NCBI GenBank assembly: GCA_002269645.1
Contig: NIVC01000862.1
Span: 124,001-188,000, forward strand
Reading direction: 5' to 3'
DNA length: 64,000 nt
Source: Macrostomum lignano
Lineage: Eukaryota
The notes below the pieces were generated by a model, which worked only from the letters and a program-made list of their open reading frames with translations, did no database searches and had not been told where the DNA came from. Both the position numbers and the translations under genes were made by a program. Shown here piece after piece: positions 51,332 to 61,918 of the stretch. Each line of letters opens with the position of its first letter. The stretch's first letter is position 1.

Positions 51332-51895
51332 ATGAGTACACCTGCGACAGCCCTGCGAGTGACCAATCTGGTTGGCGGCGTGGATCTGAGGCTGGCTGGA
51401 GGCAGGGGTGCCCAGTTGCCTCTGCGGGAACTGGCTCTCAGCATGGCTCATGTCATCTATCGCCCGTCTGGCCCCGAGTGCTCATCAAGAGGATGCGGAA
51501 TCCCAGAGTGACTCTATTGCTCTATCCGACTGGACAACTGAGTATCTGTGGCGCCCGGAGCTACTCGGCCTCAGTCAGGCTGCCCGTCGCTTCGTGGCTA
51601 TGCTGCATCGCAGAGTTCCGCCTCAACTGCTGCCTCGTCAATCCGTTTGTGTCGAATTAAGACTATTACTGCTTATGGAAAAATAGACTTGCCCAAGGCT
51701 CTATCACTAAGAAACCTCTGTGAAGTGCTACCGAATGCGAAATATGAACCTGAAAGTTTTACTGCTTTAGTTTGTCAGCTTCAATACTGCAAGTGTACGC
51801 TTTTTCACAATGGCTCATTTGTGCTCAGCGGAGCAAAGTCTAAGCATATGCTACAATCAGACCGTTCCCTATTAGCTTGCTTGCTTTCAAACTGA
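51332..51895 (+). CDS. TATA-binding protein (TBP)-like gene, ~188 aa after correcting three 1-nt deletions
   Basis: Repeat 1: LRVTNLVGGVDL..LPLRELALSMAHVIYRPSGP/RVLIKRMRNPRVTLLLYPTGQLSICGARS/LSQAARRFVAML. Repeat 2: IKTITAYGKIDLPKALSLRNLCEVLPNAKYEPESFTALVCQLQYCKCTLFHNGSFVLSGAKS. Both align to the TBP core (QNIV..V.L..LDL..IA....AEYNP..F..VIMR..P..T.LIF.SGK.V.TGAKS..AARK.AR; YEPELF.GL..). Confidence 0.8.
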
Positions 51896-52453
51896 AATAA
51901 ATAAAAAGAAAGAATAAATCGCGGCTTGTTTAATTAAAATATTCAAATTAATTCTCTCTCATGCACTAGCTTTTTGTCTTCATTTTTAATTGCAATGAAA
52001 AACCAGTGGTGAACATCTTGTAGAGATAAACAAATAGCAAGCTAAAAGCAAATACGAGCAAGCAGATAAACCACTACAAAAATAGGAAAAAATAGTCCAA
52101 AAGCAGATGGAATATATTAAAACTTATAAAGCAATATCAGGATTCAAAAAACCAACCACAAAGTACAGGTAAAATTAGAAAAAAATAAAACTCTCACATG
52201 CCATCACCGCAAACACACCACCACCACTAACGAAGCATTGGTTTCATTATCATCATCGCGCAATTGTAAGTAAATATTGTGAAGCAAAAAATTGTTGCTA
52301 GCCTCAGCAGATGATCAAAGTTTTTATTGCATTTGGGAAAAATCCTATTTAGATTAGCGGTTAACCTTTATTCAATGTCAAAGAAAGAAACTTTGAAATC
52401 GCAAAGAAATTATTGTTTTTGTTTAGCAAGCTTGTTGTACTCATTATTCAATT

Positions 52454-52571
52454 TCAAAGTAGTCGGCGCCGTTTTGATGATTTCTGCTGCTGTTGCTGTT
52501 GTTGCTGTTGTTGTTGTTGTTGTTGCTGCTGTTGCTGTTGTTGCTGTTGTTGTTGTTGTTGTTGTTGTTGT

Positions 52572-52613
<42 letters not shown>

Positions 52614-55600
52614 AGCAGCCGAATGTGACCAAATGGGAGACTATAGTTAGGGCTCAGCCAAGCGCGCTTGTCTTCCCAAATGCTTAAGGCACACTTCCGC
52701 TGCTGCAAAGTGTACAGTCGGTGATGGATGCTGGCAATACGATGAACAACGACAGAATGGCTGCAGAGCTCATTGAACACCCTTAGGTAGTCACTGTGAG
52801 CCAGCTCTTTCTTAACAATGCATCCTTGAACTCCTTTGGCCTTCTTCTTTTCCGCGGCTTGGCTACTCGCCTTGAATGAGTAAAGCTTCGGCCTTAGGAG
52901 CAGCCACTCCTCAAAGCGAGCACCGGCTGCTTCATCCTTAATGCAGCCAAGTCGCGCTTTTAAATCATTCGAGAATAGCGCGTGCTCTTGAGGATAGTTT
53001 GAAGTGTCGAGCAGCTGCTTCGACTTCAACAGCGGTAGAACTTTAGACTGAACGCTCATGTTGCTGATTGAGAGAAAGAAAGAATCGGTATCACCACCGC
53101 ATAGCTTGATGACACCTCCATCGTTCTCTATCCAGGGCTTCAGTTTGTCGTAAAACAGCTCGTACATAATCATTTTCGAAAAGTCTAGGACGCATTGCCC
53201 GATAAAAATAGGCCGATCGAGCTTTAATTTTGTCTTTTGCAGTTCCAAAACGCTTAGTGAATCAGTAATTATGATAAAATTGGTAATTGTCGGCTTGGCA
53301 AGCAGTACCTTTACCTTTTCCACGTTGGTGCAGACTCGAATATCACGCCGCTTTCGCACATTCTCCATAGTTTTGCCGAATAGCGCGTTATTCTTTAACT
53401 TGTAGAAATCCTTTTCGAAGTTGGTTTTCGCTGCAGCCCGCTTCTGGCTATTTTTCTCGACGTAGGCAGCAAAGAGAGGCTCTTGGTGAAACTCAATCAT
53501 GCGATTGATGCGTCTAACCCGCATTCCATGGTTCAGGTAGAACGCCAAAATAGAGGAATGAACCACATAGGAAGGCTTATCGTGACAAGTGAGCATCAGC
53601 TTCTCTGTCGGATGATAGGTGGAGTTCTCCGTACCGACCTTTTCCCACAGCTGCTGCATGTATTCAGGAAATTCCCTGAAATTCGGGGCAGCCTTTTCCG
53701 GTGCAAATGGCAGGTCTTCGGTGGTTTCGTGAATCTCTGGGGGATACTCAAGGTCAACATCAAAGAGGTAGGCGAGTGGATCGGTTAGCTTGAGTCCTCG
53801 AATGCGATCTTCAGTCCACAAAAGCAGCTCATCATCGTCCAGCCAACGGAATCCTCCGACTGGTAAGTTCATAGTGAGCGCCTGTCCATACAGGTTGTTT
53901 GCATCCACAGCAAGAAGCTCGGTGAGGCCAGCATGAATAGTAGGAGTGCCACCATCAACATCCTCATTGCTGTCAACACCAGTGCTGGCGCCCGCTGCTG
54001 AGGTAGCCTGCACTTTGTGGATGTTAACAAACGACATGCCGCCGCGAATGCCGCGCTCAAACAGCGAATACATCTGCGCATCTGTTAGCAGTTCAATCCC
54101 TGACTTGATGGATTTCAATGCCGAAGCGAATGATAGGCCTGGTGTCGAAATAAAATGGACTGGATCAAGGCCATCCTCTTGCATGCTGATCTTGCGAAAA
54201 TTTTCAAAAATATCAGCCAACTGCCTGATGTCGAGCTCGAGGTAGCACAGCATGTACTCTTTTAGATTTGAAACCTGAAATTCTCGCCAGGCGCGTTGAG
54301 CATGCTCATAGTCAGAGTTGGTGCAGTGGCTCTTAGTCAGAGCATTGTAGAAGCTCTCTTGGCTGGGAAGCACGGCATCCTTCAGCACGTCTGAATTTTT
54401 AAGATAGTCATACGGGAAAACTCCCTTGCTGAAAAGCACTTCGGATGATAGCAGTGGGAATCTGCTGCGTAGGCGACTAGTGATACGACATTCAGCCTCT
54501 GGTAAATTTTTGATGAGCTGTGAGAGGCTGGCATTAAGAAATTGATTCGAATCAATGAACTGAATAGTAAAATTTAGGCTTGATCTTGCCCTCACTCTCA
54601 TACTCGCCGATTTTAAATTCGATTTTCATCGACAGAAACTGCTCTGGATTCAGAGGGATGACGGAGATTTTCCAACCCTCCATCAGACCCAAAGCGGATG
54701 ACATCATGAGATGGAGATCGTACCCCTTGAAATTGTGGAACACGACGGGAAGGAAAGACCTCTTTAGTCTGGCCTTCATATTACAATCAGCACACGCAGC
54801 TCCCCGAAATTCTCCGCTGAGGTGGTCGTGATCCCAATGTTTATTGGACCCTTCCGTGAATTCGCTTCCACAATAGCAGCAAGCTGTGGCTTCTCTGAAC
54901 TGTCGCCCTGCCATCTCTGTTCTTATCGCTGCTTGTCGACTGAACTCCGTGTTCCAGCCGTAAACTTCACGAGCGAGCTTCTCCAGCGATTGCAGGAAAT
55001 CGGAAATGCACTTATTAGGATCGTCGCTGACAAAAGTGCTCACTTTATCATCCGCTCCTCTGGGCGCTAGACCAGTCATCCCTTCTCTGTGCAGCACGAT
55101 GTAGCCAGCAGCAACAGCAATGTGCTCAGTTAACTTCTTCGTTGCTATACCAGCAATCGAATCTTCTTGGCATGGAGCATTCAATGCTTCGAAGTCGGCG
55201 TAAACAACAAATGGCGGACTAATTGTTTTTTCCCATGATGAGAATCGGAGAATATTATTCCTTTCATCCGGCAACTCTTCCTTTACGTTGATCACTCCAG
55301 GTTGACAAGGAGCTCGCTGTGTTCTTCAAAGGCTGCATCACTATGAAAGGGCAGCAAGCAGCGCTCACACCACTTCCGCCGATGCAGAGCTGCCTTGCTA
55401 TTAAGAAGCCTGTTGATGCTTGAAACAGCACACCAATGACCCGAGGCCTCGTCTTCTGATGGTGGAATAAATAAGAGTAGAACAACTTCTCGATCTTTAA
55501 TTGTAGCTGCAGTAGGCAAGCGGAGGACTTGAGCGCTCTCTTTCTCCCAGATGAAAACCGTGAAGCAAAGTCTCGGGTTCAGTCTCTCAACAATGGAAAG

Positions 55601-56763
55601 GTCAGTGACATTGATTGGCAAGTCAATTCCACTCATGTTAAGTTCATCCAGCCAGTCAGTGTAGGAAGACTCGCGTTGCGCTGATTTCTTTATTTTGTTG
55701 TCTTCCTTGTGCAGAAAAGCAAGGCATGCGTAAAGAAAGCAATTTACACCATTGCTTGGAGGACAAATAACCGCCTTCTTCCGAAGAAGTGGAGTCGGTA
55801 GAATAAATTCCGCAGCATGCCCGTGTAGTAGGAAACTCGTTCGACGAGAGCTGAGTAAAGTTCAAAAAAATTAATTTTTTCAATTATCCAGCCACTACCG
55901 TTGGTGTTGTAGACATCGACTTTGCGCTCCAGCTCTGTAAACTGCTGTCTCCACCAATCATCAAACTCCTGTATATCTACCATCAATCCGAGTTGTGTGC
56001 TCATCCATTTATCCTCCCCCTTGACAGCTTCTGACGCCTGCACTCTGACCATGTGCAAATTCAGTTTGATCTGAGCTTTAACAGAGCAATTATCCGAAGA
56101 GTCGAAGCGAATTTCAAGACACTGCTGCACTGCGATTTTGCAGAAATCGAGAAACTCGAATGTTTCAGTGGCAGCTCCAGGTGTAAATCGATGAACTTGA
56201 AGAACATCTTCGTGAGCGCTGGTTTTTAACGCCAGGGTGAATGAAGGTCCTACAATTGAAGAAGGGAAGATAGTATTAAAATATTTATGGAAAGTGGAAA
56301 TGATGAGAAATGTCTCTGGGAGTTATGGAAGTCGAATATTTTATTGCCCTTTTTACACTTACGAGTATACTATTTATCCTACTACCTTATATCTAGATTT
56401 AATATTTTTTTATTAATCAATACGAGCTACGTATAAGTGTAAAAAAAGAATTTGAAGAGTTATTATTGAAGAAATAGATGGAGTTCTGCTTTCGCATTTT
56501 TGTCAATTCATCTAATGAGGAATAAAAATGTCTCATTATTGTGAGTTCTCCGGCTTAATCCTGTTGGGAACCATTTGGGAGTTGTTGTGTAGGCGAGAAA
56601 AATAAAATATATAATTCCGTTGCTAAGAGACAGGAATGCAACAAACAGAAATGCATGAGTTCATAAAACCAGCAATGGAATGAAAAAACTCACCACTCGG
56701 TCCAAATTCGTGGCTGACAGCTGGGTCCACCGGCTCGTCCTCTTGACTCGATGAGGTGGCCAT
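52454..56763 (-). CDS. Protein-primed DNA polymerase B (pPolB), ~1290 aa, probably spliced; three small deletions in this copy
   Basis: Motifs: VVYADFEA (ExoI), EndoVII-like CCYC..DHDHLSGEFRGAAC..CN, VVFHNFKGYDLH, KGVFPYDY, AVDANNLYGQAL, KLKNNALFGKT, GGDTDSFF, KKKAKGV. Exon 1 is 56694-56763 and exon 2 runs 56249 to 52454. The deletions at ~54577 (2 nt), ~55317 and ~55827 are absent from the duplicate copy. Confidence 0.93.
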
Positions 56764-57466
56764 TGCAGAGGATTAATATTAGAAATAGAGCGACATTCAG
56801 TGAAGAACTCAATGCTGCTGAAATTCCAGTGTAAAAGTGTTGTTTGATAAATTTAACCCAAGAGCAATTCTGTCAGAGATGTAGTGGAGTGATAAATTTC
56901 CAGCATTCAGAGCTCTATGGAGCAGAAATTGAATCTAACCAAAGTCATGCTTGACTAACCAAATTCATGTCATTCTAAACATTGGGTATCATAGATAATC
57001 AATCCCATATTATACTCATAGAGTTGAGTAGATGCTGTGAACCTAACGGTAATTCTATAAGCCAGTGAACTTATAACTTCTTCGAAGATATTCATGTTTG
57101 AAAAAAAACAAGTAATGAATTCAACAAAGTCCAAGAAAGTGCAAAAGCTTTCATTAAAAGCAACCATCAATCCATTATATTTCTGGTAAAGCATTTCCCA
57201 ATGCAAAAAATCATGCTCGTTAGTCACCCTACTAATTAAAGCTGCTTATTAAAGCTTTATTATAAGAATAAGTTTGAATAGTAAGCCTAAATGATTTTCT
57301 TTTTCACTTTGCTTAGGATATTAATGAGAAACCTGTATGAGCACGATGAGGTGCAACGTAATTACGCTCGTAGTTAATATTTATGCAGGGTAGAATGCAT
57401 TGGTTTTCGGCTAAAAATATACAAATCTCGTTTCCCCTACTTTTAAATACTTTGAACTGGGACACT

Positions 57467-58453
57467 TTAAGAGCTACTTAAGCGAATGCGAGTTCCTCCC
57501 CCAAGGTCAATAAAATACTCGCCCTCGACTCTGCTCGGTAGTACCAGCTGAATGCAGAGTGACGGTGGCATCGGTGGCATGGCTGCTACGACTGGGATGT
57601 CACCGGTTTGGATTTCTGGTGCAGCCGGTGGAGTAGGAGGTTCGAATTCTCGCAGGAGATCGGTTAGGCTTGCTTCTGCCATCATTCTGGCTTGCTCCAT
57701 TTTTTTTCCTGCGACTGGAACAGGCCTGTAGGGTGGCATCTGTTGCTGCTCAGCTTCTTCATTTGCCATCTCAACAGGCTCCAACTCGATATCCTGGAAG
57801 AAGGCAGTATCCAACTCCGAAGGAGCTGCAAAACCAGTGGAATCGTCAGCCGGGTGGCCGGCATCAGCAGTTGGAAGCCCGGCACCGTCAGCGGGGAGGC
57901 CGGCATCAGCAGTTGGAAGGCCGGCACCGTCAGCGGGGAGGCCGGCATCAGTAGTTGGAAGGCCGGCACCGTCAGCTGGGAGGCCGGCATCAGTAGTTGG
58001 AAGGCCGGCACCGGTTGAACCAAAAAAATCTGATTGCTGCTCCACAGCGGCAAGTGCAGCAGCAAGCAGATCAAAGTTTGCGTCGGTAGCGTGCTGAAAA
58101 TCTTCATCAGGCTGCTGAAAGACGCCCTGAATTGTCTGGCTGAGTGCGCTGACCGGTGCTCGACTGCGCTCGATAATGTTGAGCTGCTCTTGACGCTGGG
58201 CAGCCTCCAAGGCAGCAAAGCGGGCTCGTTTTAAATCTCCAGGTGAGCTCCAGTTAATAATAATGTGGTTTTTGTGAGCTCGAACTTGCTGGCGCACATT
58301 AAAGAGCTCACGCGTCTGGCACTCGTGGCAAAGCAGCCAGCGACTGACATTGCAGCTGCTTTTCATTTTGTGACGTTTTAAGCCACCGAGCTCACATGAG
58401 TTGCAGGAAATGCATACCTCGTACACATATGAAGGGCAGCGCGATTTATTCAT
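57467..58453 (-). CDS. Uncharacterised 328-aa protein: Cys/His-rich N-terminus, four 14-aa repeats, acidic/Pro-rich C-terminal half
   Basis: Intact ATG-to-stop ORF, identical in the duplicate copy, with a TATA box upstream. Confidence 0.65.
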   Translation of the reverse strand: MNKSRCPSYVYEVCISCNSCELGGLKRHKMKSSCNVSRWLLCHECQTRELFNVRQQVRAHKNHIIINWSSPGDLKRARFAALEAAQRQEQLNIIERSRAPVSALSQTIQGVFQQPDEDFQHATDANFDLLAAALAAVEQQSDFFGSTGAGLPTTDAGLPADGAGLPTTDAGLPADGAGLPTADAGLPADGAGLPTADAGHPADDSTGFAAPSELDTAFFQDIELEPVEMANEEAEQQQMPPYRPVPVAGKKMEQARMMAEASLTDLLREFEPPTPPAAPEIQTGDIPVVAAMPPMPPSLCIQLVLPSRVEGEYFIDLGGGTRIRLSSS

Positions 58454-58547
58454 TCCAAATTTTTAAATGTTTGAATAGAAAAATCAAATTGAAGTTAAAT
58501 TCAAATTAGAAGTAGAAACTTATGTCCCGTATTCAAGTATACGGTGT

Positions 58548-58555
58548 CTTATATA
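58548..58555 (-). promoter_or_regulatory. TATA box (TATATAAG) upstream of the 328-aa gene
   Basis: Same 8-mer as at 43867, ~95 bp upstream of ATG 58453. Confidence 0.55.
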
Positions 58556-58593
58556 CCTCGCTTATTCGAATCTGCGTTAATAAAAACATAGCC

Positions 58594-58640
58594 GCTATGT
58601 TTACAGCTTAGCTATGTTTACAGCTTAGCTATGTTTACAG
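58594..58640. repeat. 17-bp triplet GCTATGTTTACAGCTTA containing TGTTTAC
   Basis: Read directly: two full copies and one partial. Confidence 0.85.
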
Positions 58641-58893
58641 TCAGTAACCCAGCCGTCTCAGAAACCGGGTTTTTTAAAATAATTTTATTAGAAAACCCAG
58701 GTACAGAGCCTCTATTGAAAGCATACATGTACAAAAGTTCCTTTGCACTTGCCGCCAACTGGAACTCCCGACCAGACTGGGGAGCAATAAAACTGATAAC
58801 TATTGAGCGTCCAATTCCATTTAGCAACACACCCACCACCCCAAGAAAGGGGGAGATGCTTGGCTATTATAATCTTATTAAAGCAGCATCTTG

Positions 58894-58936
58894 TTATTGA
58901 AACTTTTGCCTAATTAATAGGCAAAAGTTTCAATAA
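58894..58936. other. Perfect 19-bp inverted repeat with 5-nt loop (hairpin/cruciform)
   Basis: TTATTGAAACTTTTGCCTA-ATTAA-TAGGCAAAAGTTTCAATAA. Confidence 0.85.
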
Positions 58937-59280
58937 ATTCCAAAATTCCAAAATCCTTAAATTCCAAAATCAAGTGATTTTTTCAACAGTTGGTAGCTCA
59001 AATTTTAGACATGAATTGCAAATTGATTTTATTGTAATCATTGAAATAAAGACACGCCCCTCCTCCTTTTACGATACCCGATTGAATATTAAATGTCATT
59101 CAGAAGCAAAGCATTGCCTGGTTTTATGAACCGAACCGCCTGTGTCCGTCGTAGCAGAACACACATTTGCCAATACTCATTCATTGCGGTTAACGGAATT
59201 CCCGCGGAGCCCCACCCCATTCGCAAATACTTTCACCAATGTACTCTCACTAGGAGGTCTCACGGAATTTCCATGGCCTG

Positions 59281-59392
59281 CCCTGCGGCAGAGTCGCTCA
59301 ATGGATTTACATAGGGCCGTATGTTCACTCACTAGGGCCCATGGCTTTTCCACGGAAATTCCTGCGGCAGAGTTCTGTTATCCCATACTACT
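59281..59392 (-). repeat. Polinton right terminal inverted repeat
   Basis: Reverse complement of 43626-43737; ends ...CCCATACTACT. Confidence 0.95.
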
Positions 59393-59404
59393 ACTGTTAT
59401 CCCA

Positions 59405-59598
59405 TTCCCGCGGAGCCCCACCCCATTCGCAAATACTTTCACCAATGTACTCTCACTAGGAGGTCTCACGGAATTTCCATGGCCTGCCCTGCGGCAGAGT
59501 CGCTCAATGGATTTACATAGGGCCGTATGTTCACTCACTAGGGCCCATGGCTTTTCCACGGAAATTCCTGCGGCAGAGTTCTGTTATCCCATACTACT
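59405..59598 (-). repeat. Tandem duplicate of the right end (59199-59392) including a second full TIR (59487-59598)
   Basis: Direct repeat at a 206-bp offset with 12-nt filler ACTGTTATCCCA. Confidence 0.9.
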
Positions 59599-59599
59599 T

Positions 59600-61918
59600 C
59601 TACAGTGGGAATCTGCTGCGTAGGCGACTAGTGATACGACATTCAGCCTCTGGTAAATTTTTGATGAGCTGTGAGAGGCTGGCATTAAGAAATTGATTCG
59701 AATCAATGAACTGAATAGTAAAATTTAGGGGCTTGATCTTGCCCTCACTCTCATACTCGCCGATTTTAAATTCGATTTTCATCGACAGAAACTGCTCTGG
59801 ATTCAGAGGGATGACGGAGATTTTCCAACCCTCCATCAGACCCAAAGCGGATGACATCATGAGATGGAGATCGTACCCCTTGAAATTGTGGAACACGACG
59901 GGAAGGAAAGACCTCTTTAGTCTGGCCTTCATATTACAATCAGCACACGCAGCTCCCCGAAATTCTCCACTGAGGTGGTCGTGATCCCAATGTTTATTGG
60001 ACCCTTCCGTGAATTCGCTTCCACAATAGCAGCAAGCTGTGGCTTCTCTGAACTGTCGCCCTGCTATCTCAGTTCTTATCGCTGCTTGTCGACTGAACTC
60101 CGTGTTCCAGCCGTAAACTTCACGAGCGAGCTTCTCCAGCGATTGCAGGAAATCGGAAATGCACTTATTAGGATCGTCGCTGACAAAAGTGCTCACTTTA
60201 TCATCCGCTCCTCTGGGCGCTAGACCAGTCATCCCTTCTCTGTGCAGCACGATGTAGCCAGCAGCAACAGCAATGTGCTCAGTTAACTTCTTCGTTGCTA
60301 TACCAGCAATCGAATCTTCTTGGCATGGAGCATTCAATGCTTCGAAGTCGGCGTAAACAACAAATGGCGGACTAATTGTTTTTTCCCATGATGAGAATCG
60401 GAGAATATTATTCCTTTCATCCGGCAACTCTTCCTTTACGTTGATCACTCCAGGTTGACAAGGAGCTCGCCTGTGTTCTTCAAAGGCTGCATCACTATGA
60501 AAGGGCAGCAAGCAGCGCTCACACCACTTCCGCCGATGCAGAGCTGCCTTGCTATTAAGAAGCCTGTTGATGCTTGAAACAGCACACCAATGACCCGAGG
60601 CCTCGTCTTCTGATGGTGGAATAAATAAGAGTAGAACAACTTCTCGATCTTTAATTGTAGCTGCAGTAGGCAAGCGGAGGACTTGAGCGCTCTCTTTCTC
60701 CCAGATGAAAACCGTGAAGCAAAGTCTCGGGTTCAGTCTCTCAACAATGGAAAGGTCAGTGACATTGATTGGCAAGTCAATTCCACTCATGTTAAGTTCA
60801 TCCAGCCAGTCAGTGTAGGAAGACTCGCGTTGCGCTGATTTCTTTATTTTGTTGTCTTCCTTGTGCAGAAAAGCAAGGCATGCGTAAAGAAAGCAATTTA
60901 CACCATTGCTTGGAGGACAAATAACCGCCTTCTTCCGAAGAAGTGGAGTCGGTAGAATAAATTCCGCAGCATGCCCGGTGTAGTAGGAAACTCGTTCGAC
61001 GAGAGCTGAGTAAAGTTCAAAAAAATTAATTTTTTCAATTATCCAGCCACTACCGTTGGTGTTGTAGACATCGACTTTGCGCTCCAGCTCTGTAAACTGC
61101 TGTCTCCACCAATCATCAAACTCCTGTATATCTACCATCAATCCGAGTTGTGTGCTCATCCATTTATCCTCCCCCTTGACAGCTTCTGACGCCTGCACTC
61201 TGACCATGTGCAAATTCAGTTTGATCTGAGCTTTAACAGAGCAATTATCCGAAGAGTCGAAGCGAATTTCAAGACACTGCTGCACTGCGATTTTGCAGAA
61301 ATCGAGAAACTCGAATGTTTCAGTGGCAGCTCCAGGTGTAAATCGATGAACTTGAAGAACATCTTCGTGAGCGCTGGTTTTTAACGCCAGGGTGAATGAA
61401 GGTCCTACAATTGAAGAAGGGAAGATAGTATTAAAATATTTATGGAAAGTGGAAATGATGAGAAATGTCTCTGGGAGTTATGGAAGTCGAATATTTTATT
61501 GCCCTTTTTACACTTACGAGTATACTATTTATCCTACTACCTTATATCTAGATTTAATATTTTTTTATTAATCAATGCGAGCTACGTATAAGTGTAAAAA
61601 AAGAATTTGAAGAGTTATTATTGAAGAAATAGATGGAGTTCTGCTTTCGCATTTGTGTCAATTCATCTAATGAGGAATAAAAATGTCTCATTATTGTGAG
61701 TTCTCCGGCTTAATCCTGTTGGGAACCATTTGGGAGTTGTTGTGTAGGCGAGAAAAATAAAATATATAATTCCGTTGCTAAGAGACAGGAATGCAACAAA
61801 CAGAAATGCATGAGTTCATAAAACCAGCAATGGAATGAAAAAACTCACCACTCGGTCCAAATTCGTGGCTGACAGCTGGGTCCACCGGCTCGTCCTCTTG
61901 ACTCGATGAGGTGGCCAT
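59600..61918 (-). CDS. 5' half of pPolB (~624 aa), frame intact, truncated by a TAG at the duplication junction
   Basis: Exon 1 is 61849-61918, intron 61405-61848, exon 2 61404-59600. The 561-aa ORF in the track lies within exon 2. Confidence 0.8.

Larger units (their letters stand above)
43626..59392. mobile_element. Polinton/Maverick (adintovirus-like endogenous virus), 15,767 bp
   Basis: 112-bp perfect TIRs starting AGTAGT. Encodes rve integrase, pPolB, A32-like ATPase, adenain-like protease, major and minor capsid proteins, the hallmark Polinton set. Confidence 0.95.

Noticed and set aside
52327-52650. Poly-Val/Ala, poly-Cys and poly-Ser/Asn ORFs
   Set aside because: Alternative-frame readings of the polyQ-encoding CAG/CAA tract of polB.
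56970-57227. 85-aa ORF (also 62125-62382) and 89-aa ORF 58631-58900
   Set aside because: Short and without motifs; the first has a GTG start in AT-rich DNA. Presence in both copies reflects recent duplication, not conservation.
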